Shown: positions 34,175-46,820 of the stretch, piece by piece
Layout of the letters: each line of letters begins with the position of its first letter
Numbering within the stretch: position 1 is the first letter of the stretch
Source: Penicillus capitatus
Taxonomy: Eukaryota; Plantae; Chlorophyta
Direction: 5' to 3'
Length of the DNA stretch: 64,000 bases
Assembly (NCBI GenBank): GCA_965649825.1
Contig: OZ287699.1
Coordinates: 434,001-498,000, forward strand
The notes under the pieces: generated by a model
What the model saw: only the letters and a program-made list of their open reading frames with translations
Database searches by the model: none
What the model was told of the DNA's origin: nothing
Translations under genes and position numbers: made by a program

Positions 34175-35209
34175 TCACGCAGGCACTTTACTTTCCTGAT
34201 CTTCGTGATCCATCCGCGCATGCGTAGCAGATGAAAGAAAGACGTGAGACGGTAGCGCCTTGAAGCACAGCGTTTCACGATAGCAGACAACACACCATCG
34301 TGCACGACCTCTATAGAGAGCCGCTTCTTGGGCGATACGTTCAGGAGCTTCTGAATGACGTCTGCCAGATCGGTGTCCATTTCTTCAGAGGAAGGAATGT
34401 GTGAGGATCATCGGAATGGAGTGGGCAGATGGGAACCTGTGAGCAGGGAGGCATCGAGAGAGAAGCGTCTGTCGAATACAGGTTTCCTTCCAGTTGCCAT
34501 GAAATACAGTAAACATCCCAGACTCCAAGCATCGCAAGCAGGGCCTGTCACTGAGCGTCTTCCTCGCATCGCTTCTGGAGCAATGGCAAAGATCTGCCGT
34601 TCCTTATGCACATCCACCTTCAGCGCGGAGCGGTCGATTTCATATCTGCCAGCGAGAGGGACGCCGTGCTTTAAGCTTATGTCCTTTTCTTGCCGCCCTG
34701 CCAAATCCAGAGAGTCTCAACTGTCCTTGTGTATCGAGCAGAATGGTTTTGGGATTTAGATCCAAGTAGATGATATCCCGATCGTGAAGGTATGAGAGAC
34801 TTGAGCTCAGCTGACGAGCAAATCCAAGTATCGTCTGCGTCGGAAGACATCTTTCCTGGACAATGAGATCCTCGAGATTCCCACCCGCACAGTATTCCAG
34901 AAGCATCCACAGATGATTGTCCGTTTCATACCAGTCGTAGAACTGCATAATATTCGGATGATTCAGCCCATGCAGGAGCTTAATCTGTAACCGTAGGTTT
35001 ATGTTGTACCGTCCGAAGAGTGTGCACCTTTTTGAGCAGATAAGGCTTCTCGGATTTGGACGTCCGCTTGACAGCACAGAAGTCAATCGTCTGCTTCTTT
35101 CTTCCCTTGTAGACGATGGAATGATTGCCCATGCCAATCTTGTCGTAGATACTGAAAAATGGTGAAGTTGCTGATTGCGCTTTGCGTGAGCTCACTGGTA
35201 ACGATGCAT
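34175..35209 (-). CDS. RUNKEL/ULK4-like protein kinase domain (stand-alone, probable pseudokinase)
   Basis: MHRYH/IYDKIGMGNHSIVYKGRKKQTIDFCAVK, LNHPNIMQFYDWYETDNHLWMLLEYCAGG, IIYLDLNPKTILLD, LSGFG, APE, DAWSLGC and RLSIE/ALPSHVF, with TGA at 34175-34177. Confidence 0.85.
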
Positions 35210-35414
35210 GATCTGAATCTGTCTGGGGACGCTCGCGTCTCAGTCGTCACGAAGGAAATTGAGCATGTCATCGATGCCATTTTCGCCTTTCTTGTCTCAA
35301 ATGTCGCGCGCGTGACGTTTACATGGTCTCGACGTTCCGTTTCGCCTTGCCGTCTGGACAGGCATTCAAAAAGGAAAAACGCTGTCCGAAGCGTTTGTAT
35401 CCAACGCGCAGCAG

Positions 35415-36418
35415 ATGGCTGTGGACAGCAGCGTCGTCATCGGCAAGCCACACGATCGCCATTTAGCGTCAGTGGCGGATCAGAATCGTTGCGGCTGTAG
35501 GAGGCAAAACGCTTTCAGCGCCGTCGGCATTTCACATCCTTTCCAGAACTCATCGATGCTCTCTCATCTGAGCTGCTGCACCGAAAGAGTCTGTTGAGTG
35601 CTGATCGCAGGTTCCCCTTCCAAACACGCATCATCCCTTCGTTTCGCGAGATGGTATCTGGGCTAGATGGATGGTTGGCCTCGCAGGCGCTCCTGGCAGT
35701 GGAAAAACGACCATCGCGACCCATCTCGTTCAGCGGTTACGCATTTCTCTCACTCTATGCGCGTCACCTTGGAGTGGCTGCAGACTGAATGCCGAATCGA
35801 AGTCGGATGACATTCCTTTGTCCATCGTCGTCCCAATGGACGGTTATCGCATAACCGCCGCCGCCCTTTCTTGCATAACCTTCAGATCTGTCCAGGTTTT
35901 CATCGCTATAGGCATGAACTCGAGCAGATGGCCGATCCAGTCGACGCCAGAGAACGTCGGGGCGCGCACTGGACATTCGACGCCGACGCCTTCGTTGCCT
36001 CCATTGAAAAACTGCGACGCAACAGAGAAGACGTCATTTTTCTTCCCTCCTTCGACCACGGCGTCGGCGATCCCGTCGAGAACAGCATCCGCGTTCCCAG
36101 AGCGACACAATTTGTTATCGTCGAAGGCAACTACCTCCTCATGGGTATCTCATACGTCACATCTTCTCTCTGCGACCATCCCCTTTGCGATTGTCAGATA
36201 CTGCACCCTGGAATCGAATGGTGGATCTGATGGACGAGACCTGGTTTGCCGATTGTGATCTCGAAATCGCGATGCAGCGCGTCTATCGCCGTCATCTGGC
36301 AACGGGCAAAGCGCCAGACGTCGCTCGGAGACGCATCACACACAACGACCGTTTAAATGCGAAATTGGTGCATTCCTTTGCGTTCCGCGCCAACCTGCTT
36401 TTCAATTCGGATTTCTGA
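35415..36418 (+). CDS. Uridine kinase/pantothenate kinase-like P-loop NTPase (YggC/Yfh7-like); start approximate
   Basis: VGLAGAPGSGKTT, VPMDG(Y/F)H, RRGAHWTFD, PSFDHGVGDPVE, IVEGNYLL, DETWF and RITHNDRLNA. Confidence 0.88.
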
Positions 36419-38877
36419 TGTCGGTCGAGACGCTTTTGGAATGGCGCGACGTGAGCGACGCCCTCGACGATGCGGCGGCGCAGTTGGGACTCGGCGAACT
36501 TCTCCACGGCGACGACTTCGCGTTACAGCGAACGATGACAGCAGTAGTTGTGGGCTCAGACCGAATGGACACCGGCTCGCGTGAAGAGACGGAAGATCCT
36601 TATCACCTCGCGACCACCGATGCCGCTTCAGTGACGGATTTTACGCCGGAACAAAAATTGGGACTCATGGACAGGCTCTTTACGCTCCAAGCGAGCTATC
36701 ACGAAGGAACGGGTCTTGGAAGGAGTGTCTATACCTGTCTGCTCCTCTTCGATCTCGACAGGTGTCGTTGCATTGGGTCAACAGCCTTGGAGAATCGATA
36801 CCGTACATAGATTACGGAAAGAGGATGCCTTGTTGTTTGAGTTTTGTTCACTGCTTGCTCTTTCTTGCGCAACGATGAGAGATCTGTTGCTCGAAGCTCG
36901 AGTGTGTGAGGTGGGCACTGTGTGACAGACACCTCTTGGCTCCGTCTCTGATGTGCCTGTTCGCAGGATGAGGATTTCAATATCTTAACGCAGGGATTGC
37001 CATCTGTCCAAATGTCCGTCGCTGTGGACGACACTCCCACCAAAGCAGAAGAGAAGCTGATTGATGATCAGAAGGTAACGACACAGAACGTCGTGCTCGA
37101 TGATGATCCCATCGATGGAATGCAGGATCGATCGGTGGGCATCGGAAAGGCTTTGGTGTGTCGTGTGCAGTTTCAGAGGTATCTGCTTCTGGGCACACGG
37201 TGTGTGATGGTCCGGACAAAAGCTTCATTGCTGCAAGCGGCTCGGTACTTTACAAACGCACAAATCGAACTGAAGACCATTCTTTCCACCTCCCATCTGA
37301 AATCAGATCCACCGCGAGGCTTCAGCGCCAACCTCAGCACTTCAGGACAACACATGCGCTTTGCCAGAGTACTGTTGCCCTTAGAGAGACTCTCCCCTGA
37401 TTTGCATACGATGCACAGATCTTACCAGATTCTGAAACAGGTCCACATTTTGAAAGGCTTCTGGAGGAGATGAAGCTGTCGACGAATGTAGTACATCTGT
37501 CGAACTATAGAGAGCTCATGTCTTTTCTTTTGAGATTCACATCTCGGAATCCTGGGGCCGTTGCACGATCTGCTCTGTATCTTCAGTTGGATGATCGCAA
37601 ACAGAAATCGGATCATGAGCTTCCTAAATGGGTCCCCAGCAAACGCATGGTGGCCGACACACTTGGCATCACTCCCGGTAAACTCCCAGCCATCGGAACC
37701 GATGGCCAGTACTTCCTGGAACAGTCCATGATTGGAGTGCGTCTCTCAGTATACAATCAAGGAGAAATCGCTGTTTTCAGGTGCAGAATCTAATTTGCTG
37801 TCTTTGTCTGAATCCCTTTCGTCAAAGAAGACGATTAAAGCGGAGTCTCGAGGATTGGCATCACTTGTATGACCATGCGCAGAAAGTCGATACGTCCAAT
37901 GAGTTTCTGGCGTTTATGGAAATTAACAAGATACAGTGGCCACTGACGAATGCGAGCAACCAGCAATCCTCGAGCACAAACTCGGTCGATCGTGATCGGC
38001 TGGTCTTTGTCCATACACTCAATGCTTCTTCTGCAGGGTCCTTTTACGATCTGGTGCGAAAAAGAGACATGTCACATCATGCTGCGTCATCTGTTGCTGG
38101 GATTTGAACAAGAGCTCTATCACGCAAACGAGTTCTTATCCATCTACTGGTGCGTCCTGTCGCATGAGGTGTCTTCTGTGCACGTGCATGGGTCAGCAGG
38201 TACTGTGACTACCTCCTAACACGAGCCATCATCTGTGCCAGGGAGCTCTTCTCTCTTTGGCCGTCGAGCGGAACGGTAACTAACAAGAAACAGGCCAAGG
38301 CTCACGAACAAGCAGAAATCATCCGCAGTCAGAAACATGCTGTAGAGGTGACATTGCTGGAGATGGAAAGGAGTCTCTGTCAAGGCCTGACACGCGTTCT
38401 CCTTGCACTGCGCCTCTCAAAGGTGCTCGAAGTTCCGCCCTTGCCCTTCAACAAAGAGCAGAATCGATTCGAGCAACGCTTCCTGGCGTTCTGTATTCTG
38501 GATCGACCAGAACCGCTCGATTATCTAACCTTTCAATCGAGCACACTGACAGGACAGGGAGATCCATCTAAGGTGCATCGCCCTTCGATCCATGGCCGCC
38601 ATAAAGTGTCTGTGGTCCACATACGTAGTTGCTGCTGATGGCAGCTCGGTTCTTTGCTGTTGCAAAAGAGCATTGCGTCACACTTATCACACGCTTTACC
38701 AGTTCTGCCGTTTCGGAAGAGACACAGAGCAGAGTGAAACAGCTGGAAAAGGTTGCTAAGACCAACGCCGTTGCCGCGAATGTATTCGAGAAGCTCATCG
38801 CGAATGGTACTGGCATCCAAGTCCGGTTCAATTTTGAAGTGGACCGTCAGTATCCATGTATTGCCATTTCGCGCTGA
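36418..38877 (+). CDS. NAA35: N-alpha-acetyltransferase 35 (NatC auxiliary subunit, Mak10), multi-exon
   Basis: WRDVSDALDDAAAQLGLGELLHGDDF...MTAVVVGSDRMDTG, QASYHEGTGLGRSVYTCL, EEDF, SRNPGAVARS, HANEFLSIYW, LCQGLTR, QRFLAF and FNFEVDRQYPCI. Confidence 0.9.
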
Positions 38878-39091
38878 TACTTAATCGTCCGAGTGTGTAA
38901 CGGAACAAGCGTGTTGTCTTTGAAGACAACATGATTGAATACAGCATGACTGCCATTAGAATGTCTTTGTTCGGATTCCCTTCCTCCAGAGAGAATCGCA
39001 ATCGCTTGGTATGCAATACATATCGTCATCATACAGGCTGTCGTTGAGCAAAGGAACAAAGGGAATGACAAAGTCAAAGACTGCTTTCTAC

Positions 39092-40900
39092 TCAGAAGTA
39101 TTTCAGGACTATGGAGTCTATTTTACGGCAGCAAATAGGGCAATTAAATTTCTTCTGAAAAATGAGCTCGCAGCATGAGGCACACACACATCTATGCGAC
39201 CTAAGCCATTTACCATGAGGAAGATTTCGTCCACAAAGCCGAAGGGGTGGGTACGTTTTGTCATGGACAAAGCCAGAGGTCTGCTTCTTCGATAGACAGA
39301 CGACGCATGGGCGTTCCCAGATGTCTAGGTGCTCTGCTTCGATATCTGACAGTTCAAATTGTGATGATGTGTCACTCGTCTCTTCTTCGCCTTCTTCAAT
39401 TGCGATCTGAGCAACGAGGGTGAACCATCCGTCTTCGAGATAACCACGGACGGGGTTTTCAAATAGTGCCGTATCCAAAAAAGGTCGCAGTCCCCAATAG
39501 GTATGCTCTCCACGAAAATCGCCGACCAGCTCTGGAATGACCACGGTATGAAATCAGATGGTGGAACGGGGTGCCTGTCACCTTGAGTGGATCCGGCTGC
39601 TTGTGTTGGGTAGTGAAAAGAATGAACAACGAGCTTGGCACGAGTGGTTTCCGAGTTCAGAGAGTAGAGATAAAAAGCAGACTGCTGTTTTCCTGCACTG
39701 TCCTTTCCAATTGTCAGCCTTAAGTGCCTAACCGTGCACCCATCGATCATGCGTTTTTAGACAACCACCAGGGGACTGTACCATTTGGAATCTTGAATGC
39801 TGAACAACTCACTCGAGAGTGACCTTGGGCTCATGTCCATGATGTGACGGAGCTTCCACTACGAAATGGGACGTGATTTTCGAGATATGACGCAGTCGAT
39901 GGGTGGATTTACCGTGCACGTGCAGGACTGGCCATGCGAAACGACAGAAAAGCTCTCGTTCTCTGGCAATTTCAATCGTATCTCGACCTGAATGACAAAA
40001 CTATCCCCAGAGAGAAATCCTTGATCGACCGTTTTGATATCATCTGTTCGACAGAACTGTGAATAACCGCGAATCCTATCCGGCTTAAATACACCACTCC
40101 ATCCTGAGTGCATCACACTCCTGATCGGCGTCGATGCAGAGAGGTGAACAACCTTTTGTTTGGCTCTTTTTCTCGTCCGTCTGATGCACAAGCGTCATAC
40201 CATAGTGAAGATGGACAGAGAGGAGGTTGCGAGGGACAAGAAAAACAGAGAGGTAGCCATCTTCTCTGAGCAAGAGCCTCAATTGCCTGGATGCCAGAAC
40301 AGAGACAGAGACAGAGACGATGGTGTGTGGTCCGTCAGATGCATAGCATACCACTTGTATCCGCCGATATCAAAAGGTTCTGTCGAGAATCGTTTGTTTG
40401 CTGCATCGAAGAAGAACTTGTGCACGCGACACTGCAAGCCGCATCAGATGTATCGGAATTGGAGAACGTGCGTGGCCTACTTCGTAACATCCAAACCATA
40501 CATTGTTGGTGAGAGAATACGCGTAGCTAACACCGTCACAAGAGCCAGTTCCCTCTGCGCACACGGCGTTGCTGAGTCGCCGTATGTGGTCACAACGAGA
40601 CAGCACTGTACCTTCCGTCATGGTGTCGGACACCGAGTGCGTTGTAAGAATGTCCTGTGGGTTGGGTGCCGATTTTCAAGGCGACGTATGTTTCATGCGA
40701 GCTTTACTAACCGGTCTAGCGCGATGTCGATGCAGAGGTTGGCATACGAGGTCGAATCAAAGACTATGATGCTGACGCTATTCGATGACGGAGTATCTAC
40801 CAGGAACGCACGAGGCGTCTTTGAAGAGTATGGCCTTGGCTTCTTACTTGGACTGGCGTCTCGTTCAGAGAGCAAAACAGAAACGACGTGCCGTGCAAGA
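39092..40900 (-). CDS. MATH-MATH-RING protein, paralog B (start approximate)
   Basis: RGYSQFCR...GFLSGDSFVIQVEI, YWGLRPFL...GYLEDGWFTLVAQI, and RING CVVCLSK...FVHDKT-HRCVCASCC...CPIC. Mirror of paralog A. Confidence 0.78.
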
Positions 40901-41417
40901 TGTATTCAGGACATTAGGATACCACCCTTTGTTGGAAGACGATGGAAAAGGAAGAATGCGTTGCGAAACGTGAGACGATCGAAGGGTCATGGAGAGGGGA
41001 GGTGTCCTGTGAATAGATCGCGAGTGTTGTGTGTTGGATCTTTGACAGAGTCGGCGTTGTTAGTTGGGCAGATGGTCTGAGAAGTGTTAACTCTGACGTT
41101 TCTCGTCTGAGGATCAGTCTCGGCTGAAAATGGAGCGTTGCAGGACGATGGTTCCTTGTTGGAGATGGAGGATGGAAATTGTTCAGAGTTTTCTGTGATC
41201 GGGGACGGTTGATAGATTGTACAACATTAGCGTCGCGTCGATACCTGCCGGAGTCACGATCTAAAATATCGCGATTCGTTATTGCCGATTCCCAGTTACG
41301 AATACGGGACACTGCTGCCGGATGTTTGGATTTTTTTCGAACATAATAACATTCATGGCCGTTGCGGCAAGAAACGACGCGGTTCTGTCGACCGTCCTGA
41401 CCCATGGGTCTTAGGTC

Positions 41418-42596
41418 ATGACGATCCTCTCCATCGTGCACCTATGGAATGGATTGATGGACGGAATGGAGGGCGCAACAAGATTCGAGCGTCGCCAAGA
41501 AATAAGAGAACCTCTTGTTTACACGTACGAGGTGATCAACCGCTTCCCGCATGACGATAGCGTCTATGTGGAAGGTCTTTATTGCAATTGTGATGGCACG
41601 GGTTTTCATTTCCAAACAGGTTTTCAATACGAAAAGCTGTGCCACGCCAAGAACGCGAAGAAATGCATGGATGTCTTTCTGGAGTCCACAAGTGGCAGCA
41701 CTTCTGAGCATTGCCGACTTGAGTATCAGGGTCTAGAAAACGATAAGGAGTCCACTTTGCGGAGATCGAAGATCAAGACCGGCGAGATCGTAAACATCAC
41801 CTGTCTGCGAGGAAAGTAAGAAACCTTTCAGCAGATGATCATCGGCATCGAGCATCATCGACAGATACTTCGGAGAGGGCATGACACACTTTGGCCGTTT
41901 TATCTATCAGCAGACCCACCAAGTCCCCTCCCTCTTTGTCTACAACAAAGACCTCTCCTTGGCAAGCGTTCAGTCGATCTGCCATCCTTCACCCAACAGA
42001 TTGATGGTGTACAGGAGGATCATCGGATGACGTTTGTGTTATTTGGTACTGGCATCACTGCCAATCAAAACGGTCTCATTATGACAGACGCCACAGGTCT
42101 GCTGCACTGGATCGATCCTTACACATTCTCAGATTCCAAGACCGTGCAAGTGACAGATGGAGGACGCAGTGTCATCTATCTCACCGAGGTTTGAACACGC
42201 TGCGCCCTCTCTTCGTTTTCGTGGAAATCATCTCTTTAGTTGGAATGGATCAACGGAACGATCTGGTCCAATGTGTGGAGCAAGGACTGCATTGCAATCA
42301 TCGACCCAAGCAATGGCAAAGTGCATGGATGGCTGCCACTCGCAAGCCTTCGAAAGAGGGCCGCAAGAGAAGCACATGTACGTCCAGATACATTGTCAGC
42401 TCTACAAGGTCGGCATTGCATCTCCTGTACCTTACTCGACGCGATCGTCTTCGCAGGTATTGCATATGATCCGGTTAGACAAAGAATCTTCGTGACTGGA
42501 GATCTATGGCCGTTTGTATACGAAATCAAGCTCAGATCGGGAAAGTGCCTGAAAGATCAGACGCTTCAGCGTGTTCGTCAAGCGTGTATGTATTAA
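41418..42596 (+). CDS. Glutaminyl-peptide cyclotransferase-like protein, paralog B (divergent)
   Basis: YEVINRFPHDDSVYVEGL, FLEST, YFGEG, IMTDATG, YLTE/LEWINGTIWSNVWSKDC, GIAYD and IFVTGDLWP. Confidence 0.82.
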
Positions 42597-42615
42597 ACGA
42601 TCTGTATAGATGTTC

Positions 42616-43611
42616 TCATCTTTTCTTCTTTGATTCTTTTCCATTGGGTGATGTCTTGGCCTCTGTCGCATCTGGTGTGGACTTGGCCTCTGGATCTGGC
42701 AGATTTGCAACGAACATGGTGAGCTTTCTGATAGGTAATGTAAAATCAAACGCTCGACCCGCTGCCGTCGCTAGAATAGAATGCGAGATGAGAAGCAGGC
42801 AAAGAAGTGCCCGGGCCTCTTCCGGCTGCAGTAGTCCATAGAAATGAGATGTAAAGTAGTAGAATATGGAGCATTGAACGCTGGACCACCAGACGAATCC
42901 AGGCTGCATCATCTCGTTGGGCCCAGCATTCGGCACAAAACACCACACCAAAGCTTCCAAAATGGGCTTTCCTCCCATACTTCCCATTGTTGCCATGACA
43001 ATTGGTGCAACGTGGTTACCTGGGTAAAACCGCACGCACAGATCAGCCTACGAATAAAATTCAAGATGTGTTCCATGATAGCTGGAGAGAGACAGTCCAT
43101 GCAATCATGAAGGCTCGACAGAAGGCAGATCCTGTTGTGATGATGATCCAAATGGGTCTAAATTCGATGATCTTCTCCACGATGCCGTACGGAAAGTAAT
43201 TCACTGTCCACCTAGAAGACCAAATTTAGGACGGATGGCGGTAGAAAAAGAAGTCGACCATGCGAAAAGCCACATCCAGGCCTGAACATTCTCTCCAAGC
43301 AGAGGAAATGCAATTTCATCTGGTCTCTAAATAAACGCGGTTTCTTACGAATCGAGGAAAATTGGGAGCACCATGAAGAACAAAGCGGTTAAGACAGCGC
43401 CGCCGAATCCGTTCAGAAACGTCAACTGTACTTGAGAATAAAGAAAACTATATCAACAGTTAAAACTGACCCAGAAGTGAAGGAGGAATCGGTTTCGGAA
43501 CTCCTTCAGCTGTGACGCAGCCCAAAAGCAGTGCAGAAATATGCATAGGTCAAGATTCCACGCCTTAAAGAACGTCGCCAAGTCTTGGAGCGGAAGTAAT
43601 GACTCGGTCAT
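42616..43611 (-). CDS. TRIC family channel, paralog B
   Basis: MTESLLPLQDLATFFKAW... and RFYPGNHVAPIVMATMGSMGGKPIL...; mirror of 14195-15202. Confidence 0.7.
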
Positions 43612-43944
43612 CGAACACGTATCGAACGGTTGGTAAACGACTAAGCCATTCACATTGCCTAGACAATGCAACGCCAGACAGGTCTTTTCATCCGAAGGGG
43701 CACAGCGAGAAAGAGATGTCGTCGCGATTTCGAAGCGGCTTGGACGGTGTGCGCGTCTCGTATGATGCGATCTGGCGACGCATCCGCAAAGCGGCTATGC
43801 GATCGGAGCGAGAGTACCTCTTTCGCACATAGCACGTTTGAAAAGAATGAAATCATGTAGGATCGTGGCGTGATCGTTCGAGGCCATGAAGACTTGAGGC
43901 GCTTAGGCTGTTGCTTGACGTCATATCGAACACGCTTTCGCACT

Positions 43945-44777
43945 TCTGTTGGCCGCACGTGTGTCGCATTCCGTATGGTCGTCGTGATGATTCCTTTGTC
44001 GGAGAGGGTCGTTCCAACGATCAATCCGGTGGGCTGGGAGATCGGAAGAATACCACGAACGCCATCCCCCGTGACTTGTTACGGCGAGACCTTCATCACG
44101 CGTTGCTGCGGGCCTACGACCAGTGACACAACCAACGGCAGCAGTGTGAGATCACCGCGGATGACCTCCCGAGTGTACGCTTGTGTGGCGTAGAAGGCGA
44201 ACACCCACTGTCGCCTGGGCACGGAAGCGAAGGCCCATTCCGGATGCAGGCTGAGAAGATTGCTTGTCGGCTCCCTCACCCGCCGCGACCCCCAACATGT
44301 CCTCGGCGCGGACACGGATCTCTCCCTCGCGGTGGCGTCGGGCGAGACCTCCTCGGGGAGGGGGAGAGTGGGAACCAGACCCGTCTCTGGGTTGACTCAT
44401 CTCACAAGCGCAGCGGAAGTCTTGAGGTAAGATGAAACCAAGCAGGGAGGATGACGAAGACCGACGCAAAGGTGCAGCCAAGTGCGACAAGTTGTTGCGG
44501 CAGCGATGGACAACATATGGTTTGAACAACGTTTGCATGCACACAAGCGTAAACTCCGTTGTGAACCGAAAGATGATTCACGCGTCCAGCTCTCGATGGT
44601 GTACTCCTCCGGTGTCAGGACCGACAAGACAAGGTAGGAAGACGCCGCGAAGTTCAAGAGCGAGTTTCCAAGGAGATTCCAGAAGGTTGTAAAGAACTTT
44701 GACATGAAACCCGCCAGTAGTTCTCGGTCCTTGTCGTCGCGCAACAAGTGGCGCAAAAAACGATAAGCGGCAAACAA
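43945..44777 (-). mobile_element. Second copy of the decayed gypsy relic
   Basis: Mirror of 13030-13860, with the same internal TAA (KVSP*QVTG). Confidence 0.6.
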
Positions 44778-45918
44778 ATGCCACTAATTAGTCCTGGCCC
44801 ATCGACGTTTGTCACAGTTACGTAATGCACAGCTCCGCGCAGTGGACCAACGAGTGTCCCAGGAACACTTGATGTGACCTGTTACTTCGTTCCTCGGGTA
44901 TTTAACCTCGACCCTTCATTTGTCTGACAGTCTTCTGTAAGCGATAGGCCTTCGTCGTCGACCGCCTCCCAACCCGTTCGATTGACCGAGTGCGTGACAA
45001 CGTTCCGCCCGAATGGCGCCATATTTTCACATCGGCGACGTCTCGTCCAAGGTTCTTGAGTGGTGCACGTTCCATGTCGAGGCTAAAGCAAGGGACGGCG
45101 GCGATAAACCGCGAAAAGCGGTGAGGAAAGCGTACGCTTCGACAACGGGGACGTGCGTGTCGATGAGAAGACTCTATGCAATCTCGCTTTGGTAAGCGTC
45201 GACAGAAGCTGTTGGCGGAAGCCGTTGGTCTTCGTCGCAAACGTTAGACGCACACAAAACCGGTCAGAACGCAGTCGAAAATTAAACCACAATAATCAAT
45301 CGTCTCGATCATTCGGCAGATGATAGGATCACAGTAAGTGTGGGTCGCGCGAGGATGCAAACGTCGCGTCGACGATGGGACTCCTCTCATCTGTCGCGTC
45401 GGACGCGTACATTGCGCGTCTGACGCAATTCAATTGTTTTTGTTCGCGCACTCTGTCGTCTAACTTTCCGTGTTGCCTCGAAGCTCAGCGTCGGGTCGAT
45501 CGCTCCTTTTTAAAAAATGGATGCATCTGTCGCCGAGCGATGTGACACTGCCTTGTTCTGTGGGGGTCAGCCGTGCGAGGGGGCGCTGCCTGTCTTGTCA
45601 ACTGCTTCTTGGGACGTCTTTCTCTGGCCCTGAACACGAGCTGACTCACCATTCTAGAAGGGTTACGTCACCATGCGAGTATATAATGAACAGTTTAAAC
45701 CTTATCTGACCTTGCTCTGTAAACAACAAAGAAGTCTTCCGCTGTGAATCTTTTCGTCCGACCCGACCTGCGACAGCATCTACAAGTACGTCGACACACG
45801 TCAACACATACCCGGAGATCGCGCCGGACATGATAGGAAGCGAACCGTAGGATCAGCTTCGTGCCCAGCACAGTCGTGTCAAAGGTGCGAGGATTTTGAA
45901 ACTTTGAGTGAGTGGGCG

Positions 45919-46090
45919 ATCGGATCGGATCGGATCGGATCGGATCGTATCGTATCGTATCGTATCGTATCGGATATCGATTGGCGATCGAATCGTATCG
46001 GATATCGATTGGCGATCGAATCGTATCGGATATCGATTGGCGATCGAATCGTATCGGATATCGATTGGCGATCGAATCGTATCGGATATC
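45919..46090. repeat. (GATCG)n(TATCG)n microsatellite followed by 4 exact copies of 28-bp GATATCGATTGGCGATCGAATCGTATCG
   Basis: Direct count: 28-mers at 45973, 46001, 46029 and 46057, plus a partial copy. Confidence 0.95.
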
Positions 46091-46609
46091 AATAAGTTTG
46101 TTTTAGGAGCCATAGGAATCAATCGCCATGTCTCTGCTATTGGAGCTCGATCGTTTCCGAACGAACGGCAGCAGCCATCGATCATCATCGTCCGCGGCCT
46201 ACCAGAGGTCCTGCTGCTGTCGGTGATGTCGTCTCGAGCAACGCCTGTCGATTCGATCGCCGCTTGAATAGTGTTAAAAACCATTGACGAATCAGGACAG
46301 CTCTTCCTGCAGCTCGTCGCCGCAGTGTCGTTGAACGATCCGTTGAACAAATGCATCGATGCGTCGAAATCAAGCTACGACGAATCCTTGTTTACTGTTA
46401 TCAAAATCGATCCGACTAATTGTGTATTTATCATCATGACGCTGTACGACGCAGATCACTCCCTTGGCGAGTCGACCCCTTATGACAATGCAAATCGATG
46501 GGAGTCTACCGATCGGCATTCGAAACGCTCTCGAGTCTACCGATCGACGCAGACTGCATTGAAGGGCTATAGGATCGAAGGGGATTGCAACATCAGCCAG
46601 CGAGATTAA

Positions 46610-46820
46610 AAAATGAAACCGCGTGGAATCCTTATCTCTTCCAGACCTGATTTCGTTGAGAATTCCCTAGCAGCTACTTCTGCATGAGCGCGATCAGCAT
46701 GATTGGGCCGACCTTAAGATTCGGTGGCATCGATGGATGTCGTCAAAGAACTCGGACCAGAAATTCCAATCGTGGGTGTCCCTGTGGGACTCCAGCTCAT
46801 GGCACGAGTGTTTGGAGGTA
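46610..46820 (+). pseudogene. Second copy of the anthranilate synthase beta/GATase fragment
   Basis: KPRGILISSRP and VKELGPEIPIVGVPVGLQLMARVFG; the nucleophile position is Pro. Confidence 0.65.
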
